A stretch of DNA of 64,000 nt from Adineta vaga (GCA_021613535.1 CP075493.1:15748001-15812000); one strand, 5' to 3'; shown: positions 40,064 through 53,440, counted from the stretch's first letter. Notes: a model not told the origin generated them from the letters alone. A program made the numbers and translations.

Positions 40064-40942
40064 ATAAAAATTCAAATTGTATGTAACATGAAATAACAAT
40101 CATAAATATTAGATAAAATTTAAATAAAAAAATATCTATTTATTAATTCATCGAGTAAAATACAATAACAGTAAAAATAAAATTGAATTAAATAAGATAT
40201 AAACACAATCAATAGAATCATAATAAAATAAAATAAAATATATAACGATAAAATGATTGCCTAATCTCTTGTTAAAATATCATACAAATAAATTAAATTA
40301 ATAATATATAAATAAAAATAATTAATTACTATTTGATAACAATATAATTATTAATAATTACATTAATTTTAGAGGAAAGAGCTATAGGAAATAGGTATAA
40401 AACAAGAAATAACTGCTGTAGAGATCATACTTTTCTCTATATAGTCACGTATTTATTTCTTCTTTAGGCCAAAGAATAATGAGTTTATGCATAAGTAATC
40501 ACTGTAATAAAGGAATAATAAAAGTGAGCGCCTCGTGGATTTGTATTCATTTGTGTACCTCTGATCATTTCGATATGTTACACGGACGAACAAAAATAAT
40601 CATTGTTTATAGTCGACTCTGTCTCAGTGATTGCTTATTTTTCGTTAATATAAAAAAATACGATCTATGCATCAATAATTACTGCAATGAAAAGGAACGA
40701 TAAAATACTGCGTATCGTGGTGTTTTACTCATTCTTTCTATTCACTTCCTCGTACATATAATGCATACATATATTCTTGTTCGGTTTTGAACGTCAACGA
40801 GTACTATTTGAAGGTAAATACGAATAAACTATTTAAAAATAACATACAACATCTAAATAAAATCTCTAAGTATTCCAACTTGTTGTTATTGATGAGAAGT
40901 GTGTAATTCTAAATCTCTTCTTATTGCCATTCTTCCGAACGC

Positions 40943-41001
40943 CATCTTGAGGGTGTGGGTGGGTGTAAACATCTCTTCTCCAACCACACCCACACCCACC
41001 C
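40943..41001. repeat. Telomere-like hairpin element
   Basis: CATCTTGAGGGTGTGGGTGGGTGTAAACATCTCTTCTCCAACCACACCCACACCCACCC. Confidence 0.9.
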
Positions 41002-41524
41002 AGGTAGATTTATAATATCATTCCGTATCGAATGATTCGATTCTAATCGAGTGTCTTCGGCAAATAAGTACTGACGTTAAGATAGTGTGCAACTTGCAAT
41101 TTCGCCCACTAATTTTTGAGACATTGCCGCTTCAAAAAGTCTGGAAAGAAGTTTTTTTGCAAGCGAGTTTGACCGGTAAGATTTTCACAGAACGTAATAG
41201 CTGAGAATTCCCAAAGTAAGGTGAGCGCCATGGTCCCATTCTATTACTGACGTTCCGGAATGTACCAATACAGCCATTTGATTGGCACATGCAGTCAGAC
41301 ATCGAAGGAAAAAACTACCTAAAATGAATCGATATTTCAAAAGAAGTGAAAACTGAAAGACAGAAGATACTGCGCTTTTCGAGCAGCCAAAATAATGTAT
41401 TTCTGAATCAGTCTAAGTTCAGCAGTAGGTTGTTGTGGTCACCTGTTCTCTGGGAGTGTTAGCGATACTCGTTCTCATCGTCGACTTATTGAAGAAGCAG
41501 TTTACATTCTTTTCTATAGGAAAT

Positions 41525-42775
41525 ATGGGAAATACAGAAACTTACAAACAGAAACCAGATGATGCCGTTTTCCACAAACCTCTGCAAGGTCAGATTAGTG
41601 AATTTTACTGGTCATGCAGAAATGGTGATCTGAAAGCAGTCCAGAATATTTTCTCTGCGAGTAATTTTAGTACAATCAATTGTCTTGAACCCAATGGAAG
41701 TACTGGTTTACATGCCGCTTCTTATTTTGGTCATTTCGATGTTGTTAAATTTCTTCTTCAACAAGGTGTTTTACGACATGAAAAAAATCTTCATGGTTTC
41801 AGTGCATACGAAGAAGCGGCGACGAATGAAATTCGTGAATTATTCCATCGTCGCTGCAACTCAGAACGCTTTTCTACCTCCACAGCTGATCACGTTCGCA
41901 GTCTGTTCAGTCCGTATGATGAACAACTATTAGATGAGAATCATGGTGCAAAAGCAAACGAATGGGTTTTGGGAGATAATGACGAGTTGAGCATTTGTTT
42001 CAACCAGGCACTTTTGAAAGTGTTGAAAACTATGGCGAAAAGGAATATGTTAGACTCGTCATCTTTCACGTTACCCGATGCCGTAGATGATAATAAATAT
42101 GTTGTCATCAATGAGGAGTACGCCGTGAGCGGGTTACACAAACTTATTGACAAGTATATCACCCCGTCACACTCGGAATACAAAAAAGCACGTGAGCTGC
42201 TTTCAAAATACGTTCAATTGAAAAATATTACCCATCTTCTACGTCTTTATACATTGGAAACACCTTTCTATCGAAATCTGGGAAGTGATGTCGACGTATT
42301 CTATCTTTTATTTCCTGTATTCATCAAATCGAAGACTTTACAAAATCGTGCGTTTCAGGGTTGTTCATACCGCGGACTGACGATGACTCAGAACGATCTG
42401 CGAGCATATAAATGGGCTTTGAAACGCCAAGGTAGTATCCCTATGACCAAGAGTTTTTGTTCAACATCGGTTGACAAAACTGTCGCGACTAGATTTATTA
42501 GGAATGTCGCTAAGGACAAAATTAGCGTTTTAATGGTATTCTATTTTGCGGAAATATGCGATACAGCCATTCACTTATTTGCTTTGTCAGCAGATCTACC
42601 TGGAATATCGGATTTTGAAGATGAACGTGAAGTTCTCGTGCTACCATTGACATCCTTTCATGTCACGAACATCGAAATTGATGAAAGAACGGGTCAACAC
42701 ACAATCCATCTTGCAAATCTTCCCCTCAAAGGAGGATTTTTTACGCTCATAAAAACGTTTCGAAAATTACGATAA
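41525..42775 (+). CDS. Ankyrin repeat + ADP-ribosyltransferase (ARTC) protein, possible N-myristoylation
   Basis: MGNT start; ANK motif NGSTGLHAASYFGHFDVVKFLL; ART motifs LYTLET.FY, YRG, FCSTS and FEDEREVL. Confidence 0.88.
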   Translation: MGNTETYKQKPDDAVFHKPLQGQISEFYWSCRNGDLKAVQNIFSASNFSTINCLEPNGSTGLHAASYFGHFDVVKFLLQQGVLRHEKNLHGFSAYEEAATNEIRELFHRRCNSERFSTSTADHVRSLFSPYDEQLLDENHGAKANEWVLGDNDELSICFNQALLKVLKTMAKRNMLDSSSFTLPDAVDDNKYVVINEEYAVSGLHKLIDKYITPSHSEYKKARELLSKYVQLKNITHLLRLYTLETPFYRNLGSDVDVFYLLFPVFIKSKTLQNRAFQGCSYRGLTMTQNDLRAYKWALKRQGSIPMTKSFCSTSVDKTVATRFIRNVAKDKISVLMVFYFAEICDTAIHLFALSADLPGISDFEDEREVLVLPLTSFHVTNIEIDERTGQHTIHLANLPLKGGFFTLIKTFRKLR

Positions 42776-42989
42776 AAACCGAACTGATCAACATTTATCA
42801 TATGCATGTCTGTTACACATGAATTTCATAAATTTGTAAGAGTAAATAAAACTGGCAACAGTCGTCGCTTATACCATCGTGTAAGAATAAACTTGTTCTA
42901 TTCTCTATGATCTCAATATTTTGACCAGCAAGGCTTTTCAAAGCGCATCTTTTTCACAATGCTTGATCTAACCTATCAAATGAGATAAA

Positions 42990-43109
42990 TCTTGAGGATG
43001 AGAATGGGTGTGAATGTTTTTCTCATATTCACGCACATTGAGTACGCACCCACACCCTCCGACACCTTCACTTACACCACACTTCTCACCTACACTCATA
43101 CCCTCAAGA
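42990..43109. repeat. Telomere-like hairpin element, compound/extended copy
   Basis: TCTTGAGGATGAGAATGGGTGTG...CACCCACACCCTC...CACTCATACCCTCAAGA (two right arms). Confidence 0.8.
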
Positions 43110-43263
43110 ATTCTCTTTCCAGTAGATTTAACGTTCGGTAAGTCACTGCAGACATATCTCTTCTATAGATGAGATAGCAAATAATGTCATCATCTTAAGA
43201 TAACAAAGTACGTGTAATACAATACTCAGTCTTTATCTTAATAAGATATTATTTATATTATAA

Positions 43264-44000
43264 ATGAAAACAAAATTAATGTGTGTATCATTTTCCGACC
43301 GAAATTATCTTTGTAATATTCGAATATCTATCAAATAATGATATTATCTATGGATTTTTCGATCTAAATGAACGATTTCATAATTTAATCTTACAAAATC
43401 CATATTATCTTAATCATATAAATTACCAATTGCTCGTTAAAATACTCTTCCATCTATTGTATCACACATATTCAATCTTTACATATAAATACAAGCAATT
43501 TCTCATGTCTTTCAATTTATTTTCCAATTATAAAATTTCCAATTATATATTCATCATATGGTAACTCACGAACAAACAAAAATTATTGTTAATAGTGAAT
43601 AATCTTCATACATTAAAGATCAAACAAGATGGAAAAATTTTCAAATAAATGGATTTATGAATATAATTTTTTAGAAAAAATTTTGAATCATACAAATCAA
43701 CTACAAATATTTGAATATTCATTGGAAATGCCATCAATAAATATAAAATATTTTCAAATAAATGACAATTGACATTCCTTCACATTAAAGCTAATTTATT
43801 TTCCCGATATATTTCCAATAATTTCGTATAAACCAAATCTAAAATATTTAAACATTAACTCCCAACTATTAAGTACATATGAAAAGTCAATAACTATCAA
43901 ATTAAATCTATTATCTTTTAAATTACACTGAGTAGCAAATTCTCTCTAATAAATTTTGATAATATTCGATTAAATAATCGTATATAAAATTTGGTCCACA
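43264..44000 (+). pseudogene. F-box-like protein pseudogene (3' end approximate)
   Basis: FPTEIIFVIFEYLSNNDIIYGFFDLNERFHNLI, followed by frameshifted NLHTLKI and NQLQIFEY. Confidence 0.7.
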
Positions 44001-44313
44001 TTCTTCTATTAATTCCAATGAAATCGATGATGAACAAGATATATCTGTATCTATTCGAAAAAAGTCATTGTCGTTTTTTAAGAAGTTACAACTGTTTTTC
44101 TTCCAGAAAAAATAAATAGAAATTTATATTATATAGAATGGAGATATCAAAACGATCGCAATGATAGAGATGTGATCTACTAATTTTTCGATAAGTCGAG
44201 ACATAATAACCGTTTTTTCATGATTATTCTTCGCGAATGTGTTTAACTAATTCAGAGGTAAATGAGTGATAAGATGAATTCAATTATATTGAAATCGTGT
44301 CCCTTGTGACAAT

Positions 44314-44378
44314 ACATCTTGAGGGTGTGAGTGGGTGTAAACATCTCTTCTCCAACCACATTCACACCCTCAAGATGT
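44314..44378. repeat. Telomere-like hairpin element (best-preserved copy)
   Basis: Perfect 17-bp inverted repeat ACATCTTGAGGGTGTGA / TCACACCCTCAAGATGT around GTGGGTGTAAACATCTCTTCTCCAACCACAT. Confidence 0.95.
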
Positions 44379-44462
44379 TTCGATATTATATTTTATTCAT
44401 TAGAAAGATGTATATGTACTTTACAAAATGAAACAACATAGTAAAACATTTTTATTTTCTTA

Positions 44463-46675
44463 TTAATTCTGTTCAATGTTCGATTGCAATGTATTGTCAA
44501 ATTCTCTTAATGATTCATTAGAAAAACCTGCTGGAAACTCATTTTTTGAGTGAGATTCTGTTTTTTGTAGACGCCTCAATGTAGATCGTTTATGTCGTTC
44601 ATTAAGTGATTGATGTAATCGAGAATGAGCAGGAAATGAAACAATTGGTGCAGTAAATGTATTGGCTCGTTGTTTACCTATATGAATAATGTTCCAACGT
44701 TGACGCCATTCACGTTCAAACAAATCATACCATTTCGATGGCAAAAGCTTAATGAGATGTTCATAGAAAATAAAATGTTCTTTTTGTGTCGATATTGGAT
44801 TACCATACGATTGATAACGACAAATATCCAAAAATATTGGTGGATCTTCTTCATACATATCAAGAAGATTTTTCACTAAACAAGAAACTTTTTCTTCACT
44901 TTCCATTGTTAATAATTCACGATCATTTACATTGAAAATATCGAGACCAAAGTCTTTTACATATGTCTGCAAATCATTCATATTAATTAATGTTGTAGTA
45001 GTTACGCTTGAACTTGTTTCTCGTGTATCTACGCATTGTCGATCGTCTTGTTTGCTAGATAATGTAAATTCTTTTCCAATCTCTCGATTTGGTCCCGTCA
45101 AACTAAGTCGATTACGATCACGAGTCACTTTAACATCATGTTTAAAGAATTTCTTAATTGCTTCATTGGTTTGATGAAGTGGTACAACTTCTTTAATACG
45201 AAGAATAATTAGAGCCATGATAATAATACACACAATATTCAATAAAGTTAAAAGAAAACTACTAGCACCAAGTATGACTGCTTCATATATCATCTCACAT
45301 GAATAATATGGTGCATAATGGTTATCGATCGGTCTCGAGCAATTCACAATTGGATCATTTGGACGAAGACGATGTTGAAATGAAAAATATTCCACCATGT
45401 GGATTTGTTTATTTGATTTTTTGTTTTCATAACCCCAAAGACCATTGGATATTGTTTGAGCGAATATTGTATAGGCAAAGAGAAGTCCACAATTGACCGC
45501 AGGAGGCAGAAGAGAAGCTAAACATAGTTAATTGTTGAACAAATAAAGATATGTTCAAGAAAAATTTTACATACCAGATATTGCTACACCCACTAATGAA
45601 CCTATTGTCAAAAGAAAATTACCAAAATCAAAATTGTCTAATATCTAATCTTACCTGTATTACCGCCGAGTATGGACAAAGCAACACCAGCACCACTAGG
45701 CAAAGCAATAAGAACACCGACCCATAATCGTTTAAGATCACCACGAGCCTTCATTTCCGGTGTTGGAAAACTCGATGAACTTCCCCATGTGGTTCCGGCA
45801 AAAGTTGTACACAGTCTATAAGTCGATTAAATCGAAAAATATGATTGTTCTAATAATTTACTTACCCAATGATGAAACCCCATACGATGCAGAGAATTAG
45901 GCCAATCAACTCATTTCGAACACCTTGCCGCCATAAAGATTTTTCTCGCACCGATACACCAAATACGATTGCCATAATTGGATTCATCAATGGACTGACT
46001 AACATACTAGCGACAAGAATTACAGATGAGTTCTCCAGAAGACCAACAGCAGCAAGCATTGAAGCCAAACTGAGTAATAGAACAAAATCGAAAGATAATA
46101 CACTGGCATCACGAATACCAGCTATAACCTGATGAACCATTAATCTAGCTCGAACACTTTTCTTAAAATCGGATTCATTGAAGCTCTTCCAAATTTTTGT
46201 TCCAAAGTTCGACTCCGGAAATGTTGTTTGTGAATGGACGAGTTGATTCATGTCGCCCATTTGACTCGTTGTATCAACAGTTAAGGCAATATTCGATACG
46301 TTATCACGAGATCCAACAACAATCGTTGCTGGAATAACACACACTTGACTACCACTTTTATAGCCAATTTCGAGCTCATATAAATTACGCAAAATCCGAT
46401 CACTTGTCACACCAAATTCAGCATGAAATGTTACCTGAACAGTTTTCTGATCAGCTGATGGTATCCACATTGGTTCATTATTGACATTTTTGGTTAAAAA
46501 AATTTTTAATCTAGCAGATAACGATAATGGAGAACACTAATAATGAATGAAAGGCATTTAGTACACTGGTATATCAATATAAAAAATCAACTTTTACATA
46601 TGATTCTCGACCATGATTCTCTTCCTGTTGATCAATGGGAATGGTGACAATAAAGAGCACACAATTTGTAGCCAT
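44463..46675 (-). CDS. DUF389 multi-pass membrane protein (multi-exon)
   Basis: LAAVGLLENSSVILVASMLVSPLMNPI, ALPSGAGVALS, VGVAI and SLLPPAVN motifs across short GT-AG introns; ATG at 46675 (MATNCVLF). Confidence 0.8.
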
Positions 46676-47375
46676 GGAGGATGAAAATCAATAATCTAAA
46701 ATTCAATATAACTAATTATTTGATTAGCAAATTTTCGATTTTCAGTGCATTGAAACTAGAAGAATTTTGTTGTTTTTATTCAATCAACTTAATGCACATC
46801 ATTTCACATATTAGTTATTCTGTTTAAGAGGCATAATAAAAGTAGCAACAATGATATTTTGCTTTCGTGTATAGTAAATCAGAGAGAATTTTATTTCTAT
46901 ATAGGTTTTTGGTAGAAAAAAAGGAAGTGTTATCTTTCGAGGATATATGATCATATACGTCACATAATATAATGGTAATAAATTTTTGATAAGATTCTTG
47001 CTCATTGTAAATTTGTACTGAAAATTTTTTTTTCTTTCGTTATATACATTCTTAAAAAGCAGAGCATATCATACCATGTACCGTGATTGTTTTTAAAATA
47101 TTTTGAGAATAAACACGTTTAATATTTTTTATTAGAAAAAACTAGTTTCATTCCCATATCTTTGATCTACGTCATCATCATCCTGACATGATGATTACAT
47201 CTTCTACAAACCATCATCTAGAACATTTACTTTATTTTTATACATACATTTAGATTGAGAAGTCTACTGACCGGAACCAATGAACTATATTGGCTTTTCT
47301 ATCTACGTATAAGTTAGATTTCAAACGAACAGCTTTCTTTTATTAATTTTGAACATTTCGTTTTCTTTTAAATTA

Positions 47376-49046
47376 TTAATACAGTTCGCTACTATTGAAA
47401 ACACCATAACCATTGGATCCACCACTAACTAAAACTTTTCCATTTGATAAAAGTGATGCTGTATGTATTGATCGTGCGGTATTCATATTCGCAGTAATGA
47501 CCCATGCTGAAAAGAAAAACAATTTCTCCAATAAAATTGGACTTTTCTTTTCTTAAAAAACGAAAGGAGAGTGTCGATAAGAAGTAAAATTATTCCCCCC
47601 CCCCTCTTTTGATTATTCGATGATAATTACATTGACAATGTTTATCAATGACAAAGGTATAAAAAGAGAAAGACAAATCTATTCTTCTTGTTGTGTTTCA
47701 ATCACATTTTTATCAATTCTAATAACTTTGAATCTTTCTTTCTGAAATTCTGTTCTAATCTCATTTTGTTAAATAAGATCAATGTTATTTGTAAAGATTC
47801 TTTTAGGGAAATCAGTTGAAATAGAACTAACGAAAGAAAGAATATAACTGATTAACTAATTTTTCAATGGAGAGTACAGAGTCAGAAGTTATTGACTAAA
47901 CTAATTTCGAATATGAATATGGAAAATGCTCATAGATTTTGCTAGAATGATTATCTATAAAACTACTTTTTTATAATATTATTGTGTTGTGAGACTTGGT
48001 TTTCCTTTCTCGAAAGAAAGTGCTTCACAAAAATAATAGATAAACTTTTGTATATTCATATAAAAATGTTATGAAATGCATCTCTCATATAAATTCAATA
48101 TGCTCTAGAATAGATTTGATAATGTTTTAGTGATATGAAAAATCAGTTACACAGATAATCACATGCGAAATTAGTGTAGTCGATAACCTTTGACTTTGTA
48201 ATTTCTGTTAATAAAGCGATTGATCAGTTGTTTTAGTGTTCTCATTTTTTCAACAAAAATAATTGTTGCTAAATATAATAAGGACTTGATCGTAGTAATC
48301 GATTTGAATAAGCTATCAAAAGAACTGACAATTATCTGATCATATTGCTAACCGCGTGGCATGTCTGTTGTTGATACTGAAATTGTTGATATTGAAGTCG
48401 ATGATGATGTTGATGTTGATGATGTTGAAAATAATAAATTTTGCATAATTGATTTAGTCTTCTAGTTCTCCTATAGTTTTCAAGCTCCATAAAAATGATA
48501 GATTGTGAATGTATAGTACTAGAAAATAGCCTCCGAGAACAGTTTTTATATACTCCTACTTCTTTAATTACAGTCTGAAATCGAATCTCTTTTTTCTTTT
48601 GCATCTCGATTGAAAGTGAATAAACTATTGTATATATTTTTGATCTTCCAGAGTGAAATGTATTGAAAACATACATTTCGAGAAGTGATCTTCTCTATTT
48701 CATACAAACCAGGTGGATAGCGTGTTCCAAAAATCGAAATCATTATCACCGCATTCATTTCATATGACATATTCGCATTTTTATTGATTGAATTATTAAA
48801 TAATTGACATTGTAAATTTGATTGATAAAAGGTAGCTGCCAGACATTCATTTCGACTTAAACAATTCATTTGACAACGACGAATATTTGATGTTGTGAGA
48901 TTATTAAATGATAAACAAGTTGATTGAGCACATTGAAATATTTTATCATTGATAATTGAAATTTTGACAGATCGAATATCATTAGTCATTGTTTGTATAA
49001 TAAACATGAAGAAAAATAGTAGAGAAAGATTTCTTGAAGTCATCAT
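47376..49046 (-). CDS. Secreted PAN/Apple + Ser/Thr-rich linker + single Kelch repeat; possibly truncated
   Basis: Signal peptide and PAN (CQMNCLSRNEC...CQLF), S/T-rich segment ~48360-48425, last exon 47506-47376 (WVITANMNTARSIHTASLLSNGKVLVSGG...SSELY*). Confidence 0.55.
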
Positions 49047-49460
49047 CAAAGTGTAAATTGATGAAATGAATGTAACTCAAAAGCAAATATTTTACAAGAA
49101 AAGAAAAACGTTTTCTCTCTCTCTTCAATGATAAATAATGTTTGGGGAAAAAAAAAGACAAACGAAAGATGAAAAATGAAGAGAAAAAAATCTCTGACAA
49201 GACACAGTTTGTGAGCATAACAGTTATCAAGGATGAAAATTATACATCATGTTTTTACAAGTAAATTTCATTTAAATCATGAAAATACCAAAGATTTTCT
49301 TTTGAAACAATTACATTTTCATAATGAATATTAGCAAAATGAAAAAAATGACAACTTAAATTAAAGATTTCTTTGAAACAAAGATGATAATTACTAATCA
49401 AATTAGAATCTGTTGGTTATGAAATAATATTTATATAAATAAGATAAGACTATCCAAAAC

Positions 49461-49504
49461 TGAGGGTGTATGTGTGAGAGTTGTTTTGAGACACTCACAC
49501 CCTC
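49461..49504. repeat. Telomere-like hairpin element
   Basis: TGAGGGTGTATGTGTG...CACTCACACCCTC. Confidence 0.75.
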
Positions 49505-50186
49505 TCTTCTTTTTTTAGAAACAAAATTTCAACAAGACGGAATAATTGCTGCGGGAAGAAATCGAAAAGAAACATTAGTTGCAGGTGCAAATGATCGAAT
49601 CGTTCGATTTAATTTCATTTGTGAATAACAATGTTTTGATTTTTCTTCCGAATTTCTCTTCAAAATGGACATCAAGTTGAAAACCGAAGAAACACAAAAC
49701 GAAAAATATTCTAATCAATATAATTCAACACTCTATGAAATACTTGAGTACCATAATACTAATAGATTATAAACGTTTCTCGATCGATTCATGATTTCAA
49801 AATCAATTTCAATAACAATAATATATAGAATATTTAGGAACAATTTTGTTTTCAGAGATAAGAACGATTGAATTAATCATCATAAAATCAACGCGACTTA
49901 AACGCTCTCGAACATTATTTTCTTCTTTTATTTATCGTGAATAAAGAATTTTCCGGTGAACACTTTAACTCATTTAATTCTGAATGAAAGAAAAAAAATT
50001 GATTAACGTCCGTAAAAAATAAGCACAATTTGCCCAAGAACAACATGGGTATGGATGACAGCACGTAGCATCAGTTCCAAAAAGACAACAGGCAGCACTC
50101 CCCCTACACTGCACATATCTCGCTCTTGTCTCATTAACCATCACAAAATTTTATTAATAAAACGATCACCAATACGATATAACCGA

Positions 50187-50240
50187 TTGAGGATATGCGC
50201 GAGTGGTATATTTATTAATCAATTGCACCCACACCCACCC
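50187..50240. repeat. Telomere-like hairpin element, degenerate left arm
   Basis: TTGAGGATATGCG...CACCCACACCCACCC. Confidence 0.55.
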
Positions 50241-50504
50241 ATTTTAGTTTATTGACTTTATTTGAAAAAGATTTTTCTATGATTAATTTTCTTTTTTCTT
50301 GTTTTGGATATAATTTATCTGGATATTCATAATAAACATAAAAAATACCTGAAAAACAAATGAATTAAATCTATCAGGAAAATAGTCTCTATAGATTCAA
50401 TGAATAAGATTTTTACAAAAAATGTTATTTATTCTTGTTGATTTTAAATTAAAAAAGAATGTTTTGTTCTCATTTATATGTCTTTGTTCATTGAATCGAA
50501 TTAA

Positions 50505-51080
50505 TCAAAGAAAATAATTTTGACATTTACCAGGTGGTCGTTTATTAAAATAAAGTTGACAATAATCTACTGCCATACCCGTATTTTTACAACAATTATT
50601 CCATGGTATAACATCATGATCATTATGTCTCTTCAATTGAACCAAACTTAGGACAGAGTCTGGTGCACGTTCACGATCTAATGTTCCAGCACCTTTAAAT
50701 GGATCACTCATCCAATTACCAGCTTTATCATAACAACATTGAGCACCAGGTCCTGTACTTTTAAATGCATGACGATAACATCCATATGCACCTTTATGAT
50801 AATCACATGTTTTTGGTTGTTTACTTGCTACACAACCAGTATCTGTTTTCCAGGTCTCTGATCCATCGTATATTTCTTTTGGAAAATTAGTTGGGATATT
50901 ACAAGGACAATCACGTATTTTTTTCAGAAGAGGCTCTGGATCTGGTTCACTGCTGTTCCATTTTGTGCATGCGCCTATATTTTTCATAATCATTTCTGCT
51001 CGAAGATCTTCATTAGAAATAAATTTTCCATTTGTAGATGAAATTGTAATTGTTAAAATAAGAAATAGAAAGGTTTTCAT
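50505..51080 (-). CDS. Small secreted AMOP-domain-only protein
   Basis: Signal MKTFLFLILTITISS; CPC, YHKGAYGCYR, GAQCCYD..G, GAGT.D, HDVIPW..CC and CQLYF.KRP. Confidence 0.8.
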   Translation of the reverse strand: MKTFLFLILTITISSTNGKFISNEDLRAEMIMKNIGACTKWNSSEPDPEPLLKKIRDCPCNIPTNFPKEIYDGSETWKTDTGCVASKQPKTCDYHKGAYGCYRHAFKSTGPGAQCCYDKAGNWMSDPFKGAGTLDRERAPDSVLSLVQLKRHNDHDVIPWNNCCKNTGMAVDYCQLYFNKRPPGKCQNYFL

Positions 51081-52371
51081 GTTTCGAATCACAGAGTATA
51101 AAATAAATGATGTTTTTCATCATCAACAACAGTTTTTATACTCAATCGAAGGAGATTCGAGATTTATCATTTATTACTCTGTTTTAAATTTTATTATACT
51201 CTCTCTCTCTTAGAAATATATCATGAAACTTTGAAATTAAATGCACGTGATCTTAATACACGAGATAACGTTTTATTTCTGTTTGAACTATACTTAATCT
51301 TATAGAGAACATAACAAATGATTTACTTTGTTACTACATGAGTGAAATTTTGTTCTATATTGATAAAAATGCTTTATAAACAAGGTAATAAACTGATGAA
51401 AATAAAATAATACAATATGTAATTCAGGTGAAATTTGATCTTTTGCAATAGATGTAAAACTAAATAGTATCTTTCTCATACTCGTTCTCCTATATTTTAC
51501 ATATGAGAAGATATTTCTTGAGTATAACGATATCATCTATACTCACAATATCTTCTTCATTCTCAAATTGATTTATGCATTCATTTAGAAAGAATCCTTT
51601 TTAAATTACTACTAATCTGGCTTCACAGTCTGCTTGCTTTTCTGATTTTGTCCGGATATTTAGCAATCTACTCCCATAGGAATTAAATTTGGATAATTAT
51701 CAATTGGAAAAATGAAAGACAATGCTGAAAACATATTTATTTCAATCTTTCTTTCTTCTTCCTTCAGTTAATTTCTATCTAGTATGAAACCTTTTTTTTC
51801 TCTAAATTATAGATTGATTCTTTACTTATCTCTACGAGATTATCATCTACAATTGTTTTGGCTCGCGTTCATCTATGTTAAGATCGATTTCTCATAATTT
51901 TATAATTTGGGAAATCTTTCGATGATGCTCTTTCTAATGATATATATTTTATTAAATTTTGTCGATGTTTTCATAGAGAAATCATCGTTATTTTGTATCA
52001 CTTTCCTAATAATGACGGTGAATCGCTTTTTGTTTCAAAGTCTATTTATAAGCTAATTAGTAACTCTAACAGCGACGACAACAGATTTTTCATGCATTTC
52101 CTATTTATATTCTATTCTGTTTTGAAACTAACATCTGATTAATTAAGATATAAAAACAGTCATTTTTTCTGAAAAATATTGGATAATTTGTTTATAAAGT
52201 AGAAAAGTATCGACGATAAGACGAACATAAGATAGATAACTAATATCTATTCGTAATGAAAAAACTAAATTTGAATGCACTTAATACTTTTTGTGAACAA
52301 GAACTGTTTCAAGATTTGCCTTTCTCTAACATAATAAACAATATCTATGAATTCGAAATGAATTTCTTTCT

Positions 52372-52422
52372 TTGAGGGTGTGGTTACTTCACTTCTCTTA
52401 ACACCCACACCCACACCCTCAA
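52372..52422. repeat. Telomere-like hairpin element
   Basis: TTGAGGGTGTGG...CACCCACACCCACACCCTCAA. Confidence 0.9.
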
Positions 52423-52547
52423 TTTGTCCATAACGCTTAACGCTCAAATTCAGACAATTTCATCGTTAACAAAATTGTTTGAATGATGTTTTATTATGTA
52501 TTTTAAAAAAACCATAAAGGATTCTGTCTTATTGAAAAGTCAAATGC

Positions 52548-52613
52548 CAGTGGCGGAGTCAGAATTTTGAGTTAGGAATGTCTGAGCTCCCTCTTCCCCT
52601 GGTTACGCCACTG
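52548..52613. mobile_element. 66-bp hAT-type MITE
   Basis: TIR CAGTGGCG / CGCCACTG; flanks TCAAATGC / TCAAATGT (8-bp TSD with one mismatch). Confidence 0.75.
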
Positions 52614-52619
52614 TCAAAT

Positions 52620-53440
52620 GTTAGCCATATATTCATAAATTATTTCATTTTAGCCAAAATGACTAGATCAATGGCAGCTAGCGAGCCAATAAGAGTAGCG
52701 ATATGCCACAAAAAGGTGGAATTTTCAGCAGTTTTATTTATTAGATGTTGTGGATCCGGAACAACCTGTTGGAGTTTTGATGTTAAGTTATCATAGCTTT
52801 TTTTCGCTACATCTGGTTGAATCTCATCTCGTTTATATTGTTCGATCGCATTTCGATATTGAAGAGAAGCTTCCTGAATTTCGGGATGATCTATCGTGTT
52901 ATCTCATTTTGTTCAACTTCGTGTAACAGAATTTGACTACTGTCAATCGCATGATTAACAGCACGATGATAAATTTCTTTTGTGTTTTCACAAATATTTC
53001 TTCCGTGCGTGATCAAGGAGGTCATCTCTTTGGAAAAGCTGTCTCCACTAATCTTATTAGCTAAAAAATTTAGAACGTATGAACATGTTTTTGATTATTT
53101 TCATTGATACCAACCTATATGAGCTATACTTACGCCAATTTCTAAACAGTTTTTAGCCGTATCCGCCCATCCTCTGGCATTGGTTTGAATACATCTGGCC
53201 ATTTCTTGTTCGCGCGTGTTGCTGAATGATTTTGAAAGATCTATCGCATTATTTCGTTCAACCAAAGCATCAAGTTGTTGGATAACGTGCAATTGCGATA
53301 CTTGCATTTTATTATTTACCAGTTGATCTGCAAACTCGTTTACTGAATCCATTTTTGTTGCGAATTCGATAAATTCACGTACAAACTGTATTGCTACTTA
53401 ATGGCGTCTTCAATAATCTAAAATAAAGAAACCAATTTAA
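52620..53440 (-). pseudogene. Degraded multi-exon gene, helical/coiled-coil protein of unknown family
   Basis: Coding-like fragments (ORF 53101-53352) with splice-like sites and frameshifts. Confidence 0.35.

Noticed and set aside
40070-40370. Extremely AT-rich tract
   Set aside because: Low complexity with no discernible periodicity or structure.
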